A stretch of DNA of 64,000 nucleotides, from NCBI GenBank assembly GCA_041305465.1, contig JBFYLJ010000214.1, positions 45 to 64,044 on the forward strand, written 5' to 3'. The notes beneath the pieces were generated by a model. That model did no database searches and was not told the origin of the DNA. It saw only the letters and a list, made by a program, of their open reading frames with translations. Positions 48,270 through 57,542 of this stretch are shown here, piece after piece. Every line of letters starts with the position of its first letter. Positions within the stretch are counted from its first letter, which is position 1. A program made the position numbers and the translations under genes. The stretch is from Methanothrix sp. GTDB taxonomy: Archaea > Halobacteriota > Methanosarcinia > Methanotrichales > Methanotrichaceae.

Positions 48270-49675
48270 ATGTCAATAAAATATAAAAAACCCATGAAAT
48301 CAGGGTCAGTCACATTTTTTGTCGTCCTTTGTTCTATCTTAATCTTGTGCACTTTCTCCGGCTTATCTCAGGAGGCGATGGCTCCCAATTTTCAGGCAGT
48401 GGACCAGAATGGCAAAAGTATATCCCTCAGCGACTTTCGTGGCGAAGTCGTACTTTTGCATGTCACCAACATTGAAAATCCCCTCTGCCGGGAGTGTGAG
48501 CATGCTCTGAATGCTCAGACCAGCCAGCTTTCTCTACTGGCACAAGATCCGAGCATAAATATCATAACCCTCAACGTCCGGAAAAATCCTTACTCCAAAG
48601 ACGGGCCCACCCTGGTTAAAGCCTGGTGGAACATCAATGTAACCTGGCCCTGGATTGAGGACTTTGAGCCCTACCTTTTAACCGGTAAGTATATCGACTA
48701 CTCCACGGTGGATGGCGGCTTTGCCAATCCTACCCTGATATTGATCGACAAGGAGGAAAAGGTAGCCGGCCTCTATCAAGTCTACCAGCTTGGCAAAGGG
48801 GAGATAGACGGCATCCAGAGCGCTGAGAATCTATCAAGAGATCTGTCAGGCCTGGAGCAGGGCGAAGCTTCCTCCTTCGCATCCGGTTTCAAGGGCATAG
48901 CCAGCAGTCAGGGGGTAAACTACCTTAGCATGTTTGGCTTAGGCATTATAACCTCTCTTTCCCCCTGCTCCTGGCCATGTTCTCCTATGTCATGACGGCC
49001 CGCAGGAAGGAGGAGTACCTCAAGAAGTCCGCTTCGGCATCCAAGGAAGGCTTCATGATCGGAGTAGCCTTCACCTTGGGCATGGCAGCTGTCTTCTTCC
49101 TCTTGGGGCTGTTTCTCTCAGACATAGGCGTCTTCATCCGTCAGGCCCGTTTCTTTGACCTGGCTGCCGGGCTGCTGATGGTATTCCTGGGCATCAATAT
49201 CATCAAGCCCATTGGCGAGATAATCGAGCCGGTGCGCTTCCGCTTCTGTTTGCATCAGGACCATTCCGATGCCATTCCCGGAGACTGTTCTGTGGAGAAA
49301 AAGGGCATCATGGAGCGGTTGGTTCACTTCTCCATGAGCCTCTTCCAGTACTCGGCTTTCATCGGCGCTTTTGCCTTGGGAGTCTTCTTTGCCCTGGGCT
49401 GGGCACCCTGTGCCGTGTCCCTGGTCTTTCCCGTGCTCATCTGGCTCATCTCTCAGAATGTGACGCCCCTGGCGGGCGGCCTGATGCTCTTCGTCTTCGG
49501 AGTCGGGCACGGCGTGCCGGTAATTCCCATTGCTACCTTTTCTCGTGCTGTGGGCGGGCAGATCGGTGAGAAGTACATCTCGGCAGGAAAGTATGTCACC
49601 AAGATCTTTGGGGTGGCGGTGATCGGGATCGGGCTTATCTATGCGGTGAGGTACCTGGGATACAAGATGTGGTGA
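48270..49675 (+). pseudogene. ccdA: Redoxin (TlpA/ResA-like)-CcdA/DsbD fusion, frameshifted near 48970
   Basis: ORF 48270-48995 has APNF..VD..GK.ISLSDFRG, CREC and ends in the first CcdA helix (LGIITSLSPCS). ORF 48977-49675 carries the rest (ALGWAPC, FGVGHG.P). Confidence 0.75.
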
Positions 49676-49896
49676 TGGTGAGGCGGCTTAGCGTTTCCGC
49701 CACGACATCATCTCTGCGTTATCAATCCCGTGAAGCTGGTGGGCAAAGATGCGTCGGACTGGAAATCGCATTCTTTAGGCATGGAAAGCTTCAAGTGGTT
49801 GCTTCTAATAGAAATTTAAAAGTAATTTAGCCATGGATATAAATTGAATTGTGGGATTGCAGGGCCAGCAAAATTCATCCTTCGCGATCCAACAAG

Positions 49897-50508
49897 TCAA
49901 ATTGAGTTCAATGCCACTCTCAAGAACAGCTTTGCTCTTTTAACTAGAGCAGCATCAACTTTAGCAGGATCGGCAGCATTAGGCATCTCTCTATCTGCCC
50001 TGACTGCCTCTATCGCTTCTTTCAGGACATTCATGGTCTCGACCGCTCCGGGACATGATTCATTCACCACGACTCGATCCTCAGATCCATAAATTCCCAG
50101 GAAGGGAAAGATGCGGCAGGACCAGGGCCGGACCTCATAGATCTTGCAGCCTTTGGTTGATGGGTCATAGAATTTGCAGGGCAGGATGTGCTTGAAGTTC
50201 AATACGCCCTCTTTTTGCGGGTCCTTGATAGTGTACTTCTTCAGAGCCTTATTGAGAGGTATCTTGAGACCCCTGGCCAGTAGAGCCACATCTTCCTGCC
50301 GCAGCCTTATCGGGTCGCCCGTTTTGCAGCAGTATGCGCACCTCTGGCATTCAAAGATCAGGTGGCAGGCCATGCGATAGTAATCAACTGTTGTGTAGCT
50401 GGTAGCGTCCAGCTCCCGGAAGACCTGCCCGTCCGGCAATGAGGTAGCTAAGAGGAGTTGCAAGGTGACATATTTTGGATCTCTATTCAGCCGAATCACC
50501 TCAGTCAT
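49897..50508 (-). CDS. YkgJ family cysteine-cluster protein
   Basis: FECQRCAYCC, PCKF, CKIYEVRPWSCRIFPF, CPG. Confidence 0.9.
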   Translation of the reverse strand: MTEVIRLNRDPKYVTLQLLLATSLPDGQVFRELDATSYTTVDYYRMACHLIFECQRCAYCCKTGDPIRLRQEDVALLARGLKIPLNKALKKYTIKDPQKEGVLNFKHILPCKFYDPSTKGCKIYEVRPWSCRIFPFLGIYGSEDRVVVNESCPGAVETMNVLKEAIEAVRADREMPNAADPAKVDAALVKRAKLFLRVALNSI

Positions 50509-50546
50509 TTGTGCTACCTAACTTTGCATAGGCATCCTTTTCAATC

Positions 50547-51146
50547 TTGCCCTTCTTAATGATGGTCATGTCCAGGGAGATCGTCCTCATCGGCAGGTCC
50601 AACGTCGGCAAATCCACCCTCTTTTGGGAGCTTACGGGAAAAAAGGTCCGGGTTGGAAAACGTCCCGGAATCACTCAGTACCCCTTCAAGACAAAGGTCG
50701 GGGACATCTATTACGTAGATATGCCGGGGTACGGTTTCATGCTCAAAGCAACCCGCGCCGATCAGGAGAAGACCAAGGACTTGATCGTCCATTATTTCGA
50801 GCAGAATGCAGAGGAGATCATTCTGGCAATACAGGTGATCGATGCGGCCTCATTTCTGGATATCGCCGATCGCTGGGAAGGGCGAGGAGAGGTTCCTTTT
50901 GAGATTGAGCTTTGGGAGTTTCTGATCGATATGGGGTTGGATGTGGTTTTGGCGGCAAACAAGATGGATCGCATAGCCAAGGTGGACGTGGACGGAGCAC
51001 TGGACCTTATCTGCGAGCGGCTGGGGATGATGCCCCCCTGGACGCAGTGGACGGACCGGATTGCGCCCATAAGCGCCAAGCGAGGCCAGATCCAACCGAT
51101 TCGAGATATTATCGGGAAAAAACTGTCGGGGAAGAAAGCAGACTGA
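50547..51146 (+). CDS. engB: GTP-binding protein EngB
   Basis: GRSNVGKS, DMPGYG, NKMD, ISAK. Confidence 0.92.
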   Translation: MPFLMMVMSREIVLIGRSNVGKSTLFWELTGKKVRVGKRPGITQYPFKTKVGDIYYVDMPGYGFMLKATRADQEKTKDLIVHYFEQNAEEIILAIQVIDAASFLDIADRWEGRGEVPFEIELWEFLIDMGLDVVLAANKMDRIAKVDVDGALDLICERLGMMPPWTQWTDRIAPISAKRGQIQPIRDIIGKKLSGKKAD

Positions 51147-51220
51147 GGGCGGCAAGAATGGGCATATTGCCATGCAAGTGCAGCCGCTCTGAAGATCTAT
51201 TCGCGTCTCTTTGACTTGTT

Positions 51221-52399
51221 TCATATGCTCCCTATCGCTTCCACCGGATCCATGCGAGATGCCTTCCAGGCAGGATACAGCCCGGCCACAAAGTTCACGC
51301 CGAGGGCGAAGACAATGGCATAAATGAAGAACTCCGGCTTCATGGTGATGTTCATCCTGGATACCATGTATATCTCTGATGGAAGCTCTATATCGTAGGA
51401 CATTATGAGCCGGGATGCCAGAAAAGCCAGGATGCTGCCCAAAAGGGCTGCAGGAGGGGCCAGGATCAGGCTCTCCAGCATGAATATCTTGAGAATCGAC
51501 AGCCTGGTGGCTCCCATGGCCATAAGAATGCCTATCTCTTTTGTCCTCCTGCTTATTATCATTATCATGGTATTGGCTATGCCAAAACCGGCTATGACGA
51601 ATATGAGTAGATAGAATATCCAGGAGAAGATGGACTGGGTCTCTATCAGCTTGAGGATATCGGCATTCATATCCTCCCACGATTTTGATTCGTAGCGGAA
51701 CCTTGAGTTAAGGTCGGAGACAATGTAAGGTGCCTGGTAGATGTCGTTTATACGAACGTCTACCTCGGATACCACATCTCCCTTTCCTACCAGATCCTGG
51801 GCTGTAGTAAGAGGTATGTAGACCAGAGTTTTGTCTTTGGCCGATCCCGTCTCAAAGAGGCCTGCAACCCTGAGGCGCAGGGATATGTTTCCTCTTGCAA
51901 GGATAAAATCATCTTCAGGCTGAAGCAACAGCTCTTCGGCCAGCTTGGTTCCCATAAAAGCCGAAAGCTTTCTGTTCTCTAGATCCTGAAAGTTGCCAAT
52001 GACAATATCCTTTTCCACTTTCATCAGTGGGTCTTCGTTCGCCGGATTGACTCCCAGGAATTCTACTCCTCTCACTTTATCCTTGTATTTGGCTGCAGCC
52101 TTTCCAATCAGCCTCGCTGAGACCGCTTCCACTCCCGGATAATCCCACAAACGGGCGGAGACTGTTTTATAAAGATAGATGTACTTCTCGTCCGGCTTTG
52201 GCTGAACGTAAATGTGAGGATTGTTCTCGACAGTCGTAGTTATGATCTCTTCCTCAAAGCCTCCCAGGAGGCCCATGAAGACAACGATTACAGCCACGGC
52301 CAGCGTTACTGCTGCAACTGTGAAGAATGCGAGCTTTGGATTTCTGAGGATGTGTCTTTTGGCTATGGTAAACTCATACATTTGATCCTCATCCCTCAT
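51221..52399 (-). CDS. ABC transporter permease (LolC/E, MacB/FtsX-like)
   Basis: GIANTM...RRTKEIGIL.AMGA, YPAWKASRMDP. Confidence 0.9.
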   Translation of the reverse strand: MRDEDQMYEFTIAKRHILRNPKLAFFTVAAVTLAVAVIVVFMGLLGGFEEEIITTTVENNPHIYVQPKPDEKYIYLYKTVSARLWDYPGVEAVSARLIGKAAAKYKDKVRGVEFLGVNPANEDPLMKVEKDIVIGNFQDLENRKLSAFMGTKLAEELLLQPEDDFILARGNISLRLRVAGLFETGSAKDKTLVYIPLTTAQDLVGKGDVVSEVDVRINDIYQAPYIVSDLNSRFRYESKSWEDMNADILKLIETQSIFSWIFYLLIFVIAGFGIANTMIMIISRRTKEIGILMAMGATRLSILKIFMLESLILAPPAALLGSILAFLASRLIMSYDIELPSEIYMVSRMNITMKPEFFIYAIVFALGVNFVAGLYPAWKASRMDPVEAIGSI

Positions 52400-53613
52400 C
52401 CATTTATAGCCAGAGCAGGATCAAGCCGGGATGCCTTCCAGGCGGGATACATGCCTGCAATCACACTGAGGGCAGCCGCCACCAGCACTATTGCTATGAA
52501 GCTGCCGGCATTAATCACCACGGGAAGAGATATTTCCTGCCCGCCGGGCGCTTCCATCTTGATCTCCAGGCTCTTCAGATAAAGGGCAACGGCAAGTCCC
52601 AGGATGCTTCCCAGCAAGCCGCCCATCAAACCCAAGATGGCGCTCTCCATGAGGAAGATGTTTCTTATGTTCTTGCCGCTGGCTCCCATGGCCATGAACA
52701 TGCCAATCTCGCTGGTCTTCTCATTAACCAGCATATACATTACGCTGCCAATTCCAAAGGCGGCTATTATCATTATCAATAACATTACAAGTCGGTTCTG
52801 AAAATTTTCTATGGCCAGCGTCTTCAAGATCTCAGGATAAAGCGTCTGCCAGCTCTCTGCTTTGTATCCTTGGCTCTGCAAATTTGCGGCAACGCCATCT
52901 GCCGAATAGACATCCTCAAGCTTTATATCGACCGATGAGACTGCATCCCCCTCACCCGCGAATTCTCTGGCTGTGGAAAGGGATACGAAGGCGATATTGT
53001 CGGGCCATCCTGTAGGCAATCTGAAGATCCCGGAGACTACCAGGCTGCTGCCACCAACATCTGGAATGCCTGCAAAGATAGTCTGTCCCAGCTTGACCTT
53101 CAGGCCATCAGCCAGCTTTTCCCCCAGTACCACCCTCTTGCCATTCTGGATGGAAGGAAGGTCCCCCTGAAAGACATATTTTCCTATATGGTAAATTCTG
53201 TCTACATCGGCTGGATTTGCGCCGGAAAGGGCTACACTTTCCACGTTATCCTTGTAGGCTAAAGTCACTTCTGTTCCAAGGCTTGGCGAGACGGCAACCA
53301 CACCGGGAATGGACCAGATCCTGTCCATGAGGCTCTTGTAAAGGTAAATGTAGTCATCACCTTCCTTGGGTGAGACTGTAACGTGAGGAAGATCCTCAAC
53401 GATTATATCAAAAAGCATACCCTGAAACCCATCCTGCATGGATACGGATATCAATGATATGGCTACGGCCAATGCAATAGCTGCAACAGAGAGGAAAGTG
53501 CCTCTCTTTCGGTAGGCTATATGCCGCATGACTACAGATAGCTCGAAGTCGGGAATAATGCTGGGCAGGGCCGGCACCTCTGAGAGCCTATATGCTGCGC
53601 TATGGGTTATCAA
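52396..53613 (-). CDS. ABC transporter permease (LolC/E, MacB/FtsX-like)
   Basis: EK.SEIG...AMGA, YPAWKASRLDP; paralogue of the neighbouring permease. Confidence 0.9.
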   Translation of the reverse strand: MITHSAAYRLSEVPALPSIIPDFELSVVMRHIAYRKRGTFLSVAAIALAVAISLISVSMQDGFQGMLFDIIVEDLPHVTVSPKEGDDYIYLYKSLMDRIWSIPGVVAVSPSLGTEVTLAYKDNVESVALSGANPADVDRIYHIGKYVFQGDLPSIQNGKRVVLGEKLADGLKVKLGQTIFAGIPDVGGSSLVVSGIFRLPTGWPDNIAFVSLSTAREFAGEGDAVSSVDIKLEDVYSADGVAANLQSQGYKAESWQTLYPEILKTLAIENFQNRLVMLLIMIIAAFGIGSVMYMLVNEKTSEIGMFMAMGASGKNIRNIFLMESAILGLMGGLLGSILGLAVALYLKSLEIKMEAPGGQEISLPVVINAGSFIAIVLVAAALSVIAGMYPAWKASRLDPALAING

Positions 53614-53700
53614 GTTAGTGGATTGATTTATAAAGCGAAATAGGATTACAAAACGCCATCTTGAAAAAGAAAATAAAAATGTTTAGAACGGCCAGGTGGC

Positions 53701-53838
53701 TTACTTCATCTTTTTCTCGAGCTTTTTAAGCTTCTTCTTAGCGTCCTGGCTGCCCGCAGCCGCCTGCTTAGAAAGCTCTTCTGCCTTGGCCTTTTTCACC
53801 CTGTTCAGCTTTTCTAATTGTTTTTTGCTTGTTGGCAT
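53701..53838 (-). CDS. 45-aa Lys-rich basic microprotein
   Basis: MPTSKKQLEKLNRVKKAKAEELSKQAAAGSQDAKKKLKKLEKKMK*; GAGGTGA RBS at 53843-53849. Confidence 0.75.
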   Translation of the reverse strand: MPTSKKQLEKLNRVKKAKAEELSKQAAAGSQDAKKKLKKLEKKMK

Positions 53839-54185
53839 ATAGTCACCTCGCTACGCCTTTGGCTGATTCTATTTAGTCTTTTTCCGTGCTAACAATATCC
53901 CTGTATCGTTGTATCTGCCTATTAATCTGTTGAATGAACGATAATCACCAAAAAGCCATCAGTCTCTTTGTGGATATTACCTTGTTTTTGCGAAGGATAT
54001 CGCGAATCCTCTGAAAGCGTAAAGCCATCTGCCTTTTTCGCGCATGTATTGGATCTTTCTATGTGCCATGGCATGATAGTCTATCCTTTTGTCTTCGTAG
54101 AATCATTTTTTGATCACCTGGTGATAGTAACCTTTAATTACTGGATTGACTCTAAATCTGATAGTTGTAAAATGAGGGAAATTTT

Positions 54186-54914
54186 ATGTGTCAGATGGAA
54201 ACGCAGATGGGAAAACATATGGGAATGAAGTCCATTGGTATGGGAATGATGCATCAAATGTGCGCAAGCGAGGGTGGCTTTCCGCTTATTGGGGACAAGA
54301 TGCCAAGGATGGAGGTGAAGACGACCCATGGCATGATGACCCTGCCTGATGCCTTTGCAGGAAAGTGGTTTGTATTATTCAGCCATCCTGCAGATTTTAC
54401 GCCGGTCTGCACAACGGAATTTGTGGCTTTTGAGAAGAGGCGAGAGAAGTTTGAGAAGCTGAATTGCGAACTGATCGGCCTGTCTATTGATCAAGTCTTC
54501 TCCCATATGAAATGGACACAGTGGATCAAAGAGAATCTAAAGGTGGAGATAACGTTTCCCATCATTGCCGATGATCAGGGAAAGATAGCAGAGAGAATGG
54601 GCATGGTCCATCCCGGAAAGGGCACCAACACTGTGCGAGCTGTTTTCATCATCGACCCGGAGGCAACCGTCCGCCTGGTACTCTTCTATCCCCAGGAGAT
54701 AGGCAGGAATATGGATGAGATTTTGAGGGTTGTGAATGCTTTGCAGGTTGTGGACAAGAACAAAGTAGCAGCTCCAGCCAACTGGCCCAACAATGAGCTT
54801 ATCGGCGATCAGGTGATCATTCCGCCACCAGGTGACGAAAAGACCGCGGCCACCAGGAAAACAGGTGGCGATATTGTATGCGAAGACTGGTGGTTCTGCC
54901 ACAAGAAGCTGTGA
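54186..54914 (+). CDS. Peroxiredoxin (Prx6/archaeal type)
   Basis: [35 protein letters not shown]. Confidence 0.95.
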   Translation: MCQMETQMGKHMGMKSIGMGMMHQMCASEGGFPLIGDKMPRMEVKTTHGMMTLPDAFAGKWFVLFSHPADFTPVCTTEFVAFEKRREKFEKLNCELIGLSIDQVFSHMKWTQWIKENLKVEITFPIIADDQGKIAERMGMVHPGKGTNTVRAVFIIDPEATVRLVLFYPQEIGRNMDEILRVVNALQVVDKNKVAAPANWPNNELIGDQVIIPPPGDEKTAATRKTGGDIVCEDWWFCHKKL

Positions 54915-54977
54915 ACGAACCCGTTCATTTGGTATTTTTTGGGCTTCTGCTATTGATCCATGCTGCGAAAGGATCAG

Positions 54978-55350
54978 ATGAATAAGGCCGTCGCTTTCTA
55001 TTTTTTGATAAGGAAATTTTGGAATTGAGGAAGAAAGCTGCAGACCCTTAGAATACGATACTACTCTGGTGGCCATGCTCCTACGTGGCAGAGTCTTGAA
55101 CTCCCAGTGGATCTCCTTTCAGAATGGCAGCTCTAAGCCTGAGAAGATCTCAGTCATTCGGAAATGCACCCAACACTTTGCTTTTTCTCTCGAGTTGCTT
55201 GTTGATCTTTTCTAGTTAATCCAATCTTCGTTTTGAGTGTTCCAATATATATTTCTCAAAAATCTTTTGATTAAGGCTCCTACCGCAATTCTTATCACAA
55301 ATCATGGAAAGTGGCCTTACAAACATGCTATTATGCGCTTTGGAGTTTAA
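54978..55350 (+). pseudogene. Possible heavily deleted relic of a class II (Rv3377c/CPS-like) terpene cyclase
   Basis: One frame gives PLEYDTTLVAML...QWISFQNGS...EKISVI...FAFSLELL; a later frame gives KSWKVALQTCYYALWSL. Confidence 0.4.
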
Positions 55351-55379
55351 ACCAGAAGCTTAAATCAGGGACAGATAAC

Positions 55380-56408
55380 ATGAAGACAATAAGGATTGCA
55401 GGTGCAGGAGTATCAGGCCTAACCGCAGCAGTTGCTTTAGCGAATGAAGGCGTCCCTGTGGAAGTCTATGAGATAATGCAGTCTCATACATGGCGGTCCG
55501 TCTCCAAAGGTATTCAAGCGATAAGAAATTACGAGGCTAAGCAGGATATTCTGGATAAGTTCAAGAGCATGGGCATAAGATTCGTTAAGCCCTATCCAGT
55601 GTACAGCGAGGTACGTTATTCACCTTCCTTTAAACAGATAGAGATCTTCTCAAAAGACAGGCCTATTTTCTATTGCTTATCGCGAAATCCCCCAAACTCC
55701 ATAATGTCGGATCTGTTCGACGAGGCAGTCCGTAAAAATGTGACATTCAAGTTCGGATCTACTGTAAAGAATCCTGACATCACTGCCTCCGGTCCCCGAG
55801 TGAGAAGGATCTCCGTCTTTGCATATCATTATGAAAAGACCAATTGCGATGGTTGCATACATATATTCCTGGACAACAGGTATGCTTCGCATGGCTATAT
55901 CGGCATACTACCTTACCACGATGCAGAGATGACCCTGGGATCAGCATCCTTTAATGGAAGCGAAGATGTGTCAACTCTTAAACAGAAGCTGGATAGGTTT
56001 ATAGAATCAAGTCCTATCGTGAAGGTCTTTCTTAAAGGTGCAAAAAGAGCACAGATCATATCGGGTTACGAGGATTATGATACACCAGGGACGGCCAAAG
56101 CTGAAAACTCTATTCTGACAGGGGAAGCGGCCGGCTTCATGGACGCATCTAGAGGATTCGGCCTATCATACGCGGTTGAATCCGGATATCTGGCAGCCAA
56201 GTCAATAATAGAGAATAGCAGTTATGATGAGTTATGGAAGTCCTCCTTTGGGGAGGAGATCTCTAGATACTACCACAGGAGGAAGCAACTTTCTAGGCTT
56301 AATAACACTGACTATGAAAAAATCATCGGTGATATGATCCAGAGATATGGGCCTCAGGTATCTGTCGAGAAATATGCTGATTTTAAGAGCAGCAGTTTGG
56401 TGCATTAG
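55380..56408 (+). CDS. Geranylgeranyl reductase-like FAD-dependent oxidoreductase
   Basis: IAGAGVSGLTAA..LA..G..V.VYE, GY...LP, GEAAGF.D...GFGL.YA.ESGYLAA. Confidence 0.85.
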   Translation: MKTIRIAGAGVSGLTAAVALANEGVPVEVYEIMQSHTWRSVSKGIQAIRNYEAKQDILDKFKSMGIRFVKPYPVYSEVRYSPSFKQIEIFSKDRPIFYCLSRNPPNSIMSDLFDEAVRKNVTFKFGSTVKNPDITASGPRVRRISVFAYHYEKTNCDGCIHIFLDNRYASHGYIGILPYHDAEMTLGSASFNGSEDVSTLKQKLDRFIESSPIVKVFLKGAKRAQIISGYEDYDTPGTAKAENSILTGEAAGFMDASRGFGLSYAVESGYLAAKSIIENSSYDELWKSSFGEEISRYYHRRKQLSRLNNTDYEKIIGDMIQRYGPQVSVEKYADFKSSSLVH

Positions 56409-56449
56409 GTTAAAACTAGAGAGGATCTGGGAGTGGATTCAAGGAGAAT

Positions 56450-57373
56450 CTTGAGGATTTTCTAAATCTGCCTACGGGAAAGGTTGTCGATATAGTGCGT
56501 TCGAAGGGGCCTAAGGTGTGCGTCTTTCCTACAGATGGAACAAGGAGCTGGCATATTCTAGAGCACCCGGAGAGCACCTCTCTGGAGTCATATATGGAGG
56601 TACAGAGGACGCGTCATTTAGAATTATACAAGCTGTTCTTTGATCACGGCATTGATACCCTTCTATCGCCCATTTTCAGGCCGGATCTTCTGGGTCGCGG
56701 TGAGACATATATGAAGGAGGTCATGAAGCCGTTGAACTGGCTGGCCAGCCATCCCAGCTACTTGAGCTTCTATAAGGACTACGACGTCAGCTTTCATGTA
56801 TACGGCGAGTACCGCGAGCATCTCAAATCAACGCAGCACGGCCATTTGCTTGATACATACGCCAAGCTGGCCGATCTCACTCGGGATCGCCGTTCACATC
56901 GACTGTTCTTTGGCATATTCATGGGCGACCCAACTGAGACAATCTCCAAGCTTGTATTGGAGTTTAACTCAGAAAATGAGCGCCCTCCTGATAAGAAAGA
57001 GCTGATAGAGATGTATTATGGCGAGTACGTAGATCCGGCAGATATGCTCATTGGCTTTGGCAGATTTTGCGTCCACGATGCTCCAATGCTTCTTGGCCAT
57101 GAGGGTCTATATTTTACCACCAGTCCCTCATTATATACTAATCAGCAACATCTGCGGATGATCCTCTACGATTACATTTACATGCAAAGGAATAGGACAC
57201 CTGATTACCGCGACCTAAGCCAGGAGGACCGCGTCAAAATGAAGGGCTACTATAAATCCAATCTTGATAAGATCATTAGAATTAGCGAAAATCGCGGAGT
57301 ATTGTTGAGCCACCAGTTGAATGGATCTACACAGCAAGATTATCATCATTTCTCAGATGGGTCTATATATTGA
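56450..57373 (+). CDS. Rv3378c-like terpenyl-diphosphate transferase (tuberculosinyl-adenosine / diterpene synthase family, cis-prenyltransferase fold)
   Basis: Colinear with Rv3378c as recalled: FL.LP...V..IVR..GPKV.VFP.DGTR.W, LF.HGI.T..SPIF, L.RG..Y, YG.Y, RL.FG.F..D, YYGEYVD.ADM.IGFGRF...D.P.L, LYFT..PS.Y, LR.ILYD.IY, PDY. First in-frame start codon is GTG 56495, but homology begins upstream. Confidence 0.85.
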   Translation, partial: LEDFLNLPTGKVVDIVRSKGPKVCVFPTDGTRSWHILEHPESTSLESYMEVQRTRHLELYKLFFDHGIDTLLSPIFRPDLLGRGETYMKEVMKPLNWLASHPSYLSFYKDYDVSFHVYGEYREHLKSTQHGHLLDTYAKLADLTRDRRSHRLFFGIFMGDPTETISKLVLEFNSENERPPDKKELIEMYYGEYVDPADMLIGFGRFCVHDAPMLLGHEGLYFTTSPSLYTNQQHLRMILYDYIYMQRNRTPDYRDLSQEDRVKMKGYYKSNLDKIIRISENRGVLLSHQLNGSTQQDYHHFSDGSIY

Positions 57374-57542
57374 AGGCGGAATACACCTTTGTGTAAATTA
57401 GTTGTTGAACGACTACTATGAATCGTGATTAATTAGAGTCAAAATGCAATATTGAGATAAATTCACTATGCTTGCTCAATGACATATATCCACGAAGGAA
57501 AGTCCAATAGAAACTATAAGTACTGACAGCGAACTTGGGTTT

